From contig CAVOYH010000003.1 of NCBI GenBank assembly GCA_963700635.1, positions 1,600,001 to 1,664,000 on the forward strand: DNA of 64,000 nucleotides. The letters are read 5' to 3'. Under the pieces are notes generated by a model that made no database searches, was not told the origin of the DNA, and saw only the letters and a program-made list of their open reading frames with translations. Shown here piece by piece: positions 62,630-64,000 of this stretch (its first letter is position 1; the number at the start of each line of letters is the position of its first letter). A program made the position numbers and the translations under genes. Source of the stretch: an uncultured Bacteroidota bacterium. Lineage in GTDB: Bacteria > Bacteroidota > Ignavibacteria > UBA10030 > UBA6906.

Positions 62630-63775
62630 TTGAAAGCAAAACTCGTACTTGAGAATGGCGTAATGTTTACGGGGGAATCGTTCGGCGCGCCCGGGGAAGT
62701 CTCCGGGGAGGTAGTCTTCAATACAAGCATGTCGGGCTACCAGGAGATCTTCACCGACCCGTCGTACCGGGGCCAGATTGTGACGCTGACGTATCCCCTG
62801 ATCGGCAATTACGGCATCAATGATGATGACCTCGAGTCGGCTGCTCCGCAGGTTGCCGGTGTCATCGTGCGCGAATACACGAAGCAGCACAGCAATTTCC
62901 GGGCGACCGCCTCCCTGGGTGCCTGGCTCGAACGGCACGGCATTCCCGCTATCGAAGGGATCGATACGCGCATGCTGACCCGCCTCATCCGGACCGAAGG
63001 TGCGATGCGTGGGGTGCTCTCAACGGACGATCGTGACGACGATTCTCTGCGGCAGAAGGTCGCGCAGGTTCCGGGGATGAGCGGCCTCGACCTCGCAACC
63101 CGTGTAACCTGTCAGGCTCCGTATTCCTGGGACGCGGAGGACACAACACCGTTTGCATTGGGCGGCATGCAGGGAGGGGACGATGCCTCCCGGTTTCATG
63201 TAGTGGCGTACGACTACGGGATCAAGCGGAACATCCTCCGGCGGCTTGTATCCTCCGGTTGCACGGTCACCGTTGTTCCCGCAACATTTCCGGCGGCCGA
63301 TGTCCTGGCGATGCGCCCAGACGGCGTTTTTCTCTCCAATGGTCCGGGCGATCCGGCACCGGTCACGGTTGCTATCGACAACATCCGTCGGCTTCTTGGT
63401 ACGGTGCCAGTCTTTGGCATTTGTCTTGGCCACCAGCTCCTGGCCCTTGCACTGGGAGGGAAGACCTACAAGCTCAAGTTTGGCCACCGGGGAGGAAACC
63501 ACCCTGTCAAGAACCTGTTGACGGGGGCCATCGAAATCACTTCTCAGAATCACGGCTTCGCCGTCGATCCGGACTCGCTCGATGCAGCGCTCGTGGAGAT
63601 CACGCACCTCAATCTGAATGATGGGACCAACGAAGGACTCCGGCACCGGTCGCTGCCCGCGTTCTCCGTGCAGTATCATCCCGAGGCATCTCCAGGCCCG
63701 CACGACAGCGACTACCTCTTTCGGGAGTTTCGGACACTGATGAGCTCGCGCACCGGTGCCTTCGTCCAGTCCTGA
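62630..63775 (+). CDS. carA: Carbamoyl-phosphate synthase small subunit
   Basis: [40 protein letters not shown]. Confidence 0.97.
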   Translation: MKAKLVLENGVMFTGESFGAPGEVSGEVVFNTSMSGYQEIFTDPSYRGQIVTLTYPLIGNYGINDDDLESAAPQVAGVIVREYTKQHSNFRATASLGAWLERHGIPAIEGIDTRMLTRLIRTEGAMRGVLSTDDRDDDSLRQKVAQVPGMSGLDLATRVTCQAPYSWDAEDTTPFALGGMQGGDDASRFHVVAYDYGIKRNILRRLVSSGCTVTVVPATFPAADVLAMRPDGVFLSNGPGDPAPVTVAIDNIRRLLGTVPVFGICLGHQLLALALGGKTYKLKFGHRGGNHPVKNLLTGAIEITSQNHGFAVDPDSLDAALVEITHLNLNDGTNEGLRHRSLPAFSVQYHPEASPGPHDSDYLFREFRTLMSSRTGAFVQS

Positions 63776-64000
63776 CGGATCGCTTCCGCACCCCACCGGC
63801 TACCGCGTTCTGCCTGCGGTGTATGACCTCTGGCAGCAATCCTACGGTCAGGACTTCACGAGCCAGATTCTTCCACGGCTCCGTGAGACACTCGTTCGCT
63901 TTCCCGTTCCCGAAAAACGCATGCTCGATGCCGGTTGCGGAACGGGTTCCCTCATTCTCACCATGGCGCAGGAAGGGTGGGAGGGCTGGGGGATTGACGC
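63756..64000 (+). CDS. Partial class I SAM-dependent methyltransferase
   Basis: Manual translation ...AVYDLWQ...[11 protein letters not shown]...WGID; runs off window. Confidence 0.8.
   Translation, partial: MPSSSPDGSLPHPTGYRVLPAVYDLWQQSYGQDFTSQILPRLRETLVRFPVPEKRMLDAGCGTGSLILTMAQEGWEGWGID

Overview
GC-rich bacterial chromosome segment from an FCB-group organism, probably Ignavibacteria-like Bacteroidota sensu lato. This is inferred from a T9SS-type C-terminal domain, a PorV-like gene, secY-map with no adk, GGAGG Shine-Dalgarno sites and TTGACA promoters. 1-17 kb is envelope/accessory genes: tandem DUF2911, YbjQ, a lipoprotein, a CBM9/DUF5916 protein, an ECF sigma/anti-sigma/TPR-HEAT/PDZ module, a BNR protein, EthD, glnE and a DUF2723 protein. 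17-50 kb is the core transcription/translation supercluster: tRNAs, rpmG-secE-nusG-rplKAJL-rpoBC, str, S10, spc and alpha operons, engB. About 24.6-45.7 kb carries dense single-base indels that are almost certainly consensus errors, so coordinates there are approximate. 51-64 kb has a TonB-dependent receptor / T9SS-cargo / PorV-like operon, a degenerate PIG-L protein, an NHL protein, ssb, a DnaA-box cluster, carA and a partial methyltransferase. Most interesting: (1) an exact 100-bp tandem array that re-copies the tRNA-Gly 3' end and may fold into tRNA-like units; (2) the TBDR-cargo-PorV triad with a long structured leader; (3) a tRNA-Gln inside the spc operon; (4) phased DnaA boxes between ssb and carA; (5) a duplicated ECF promoter motif.
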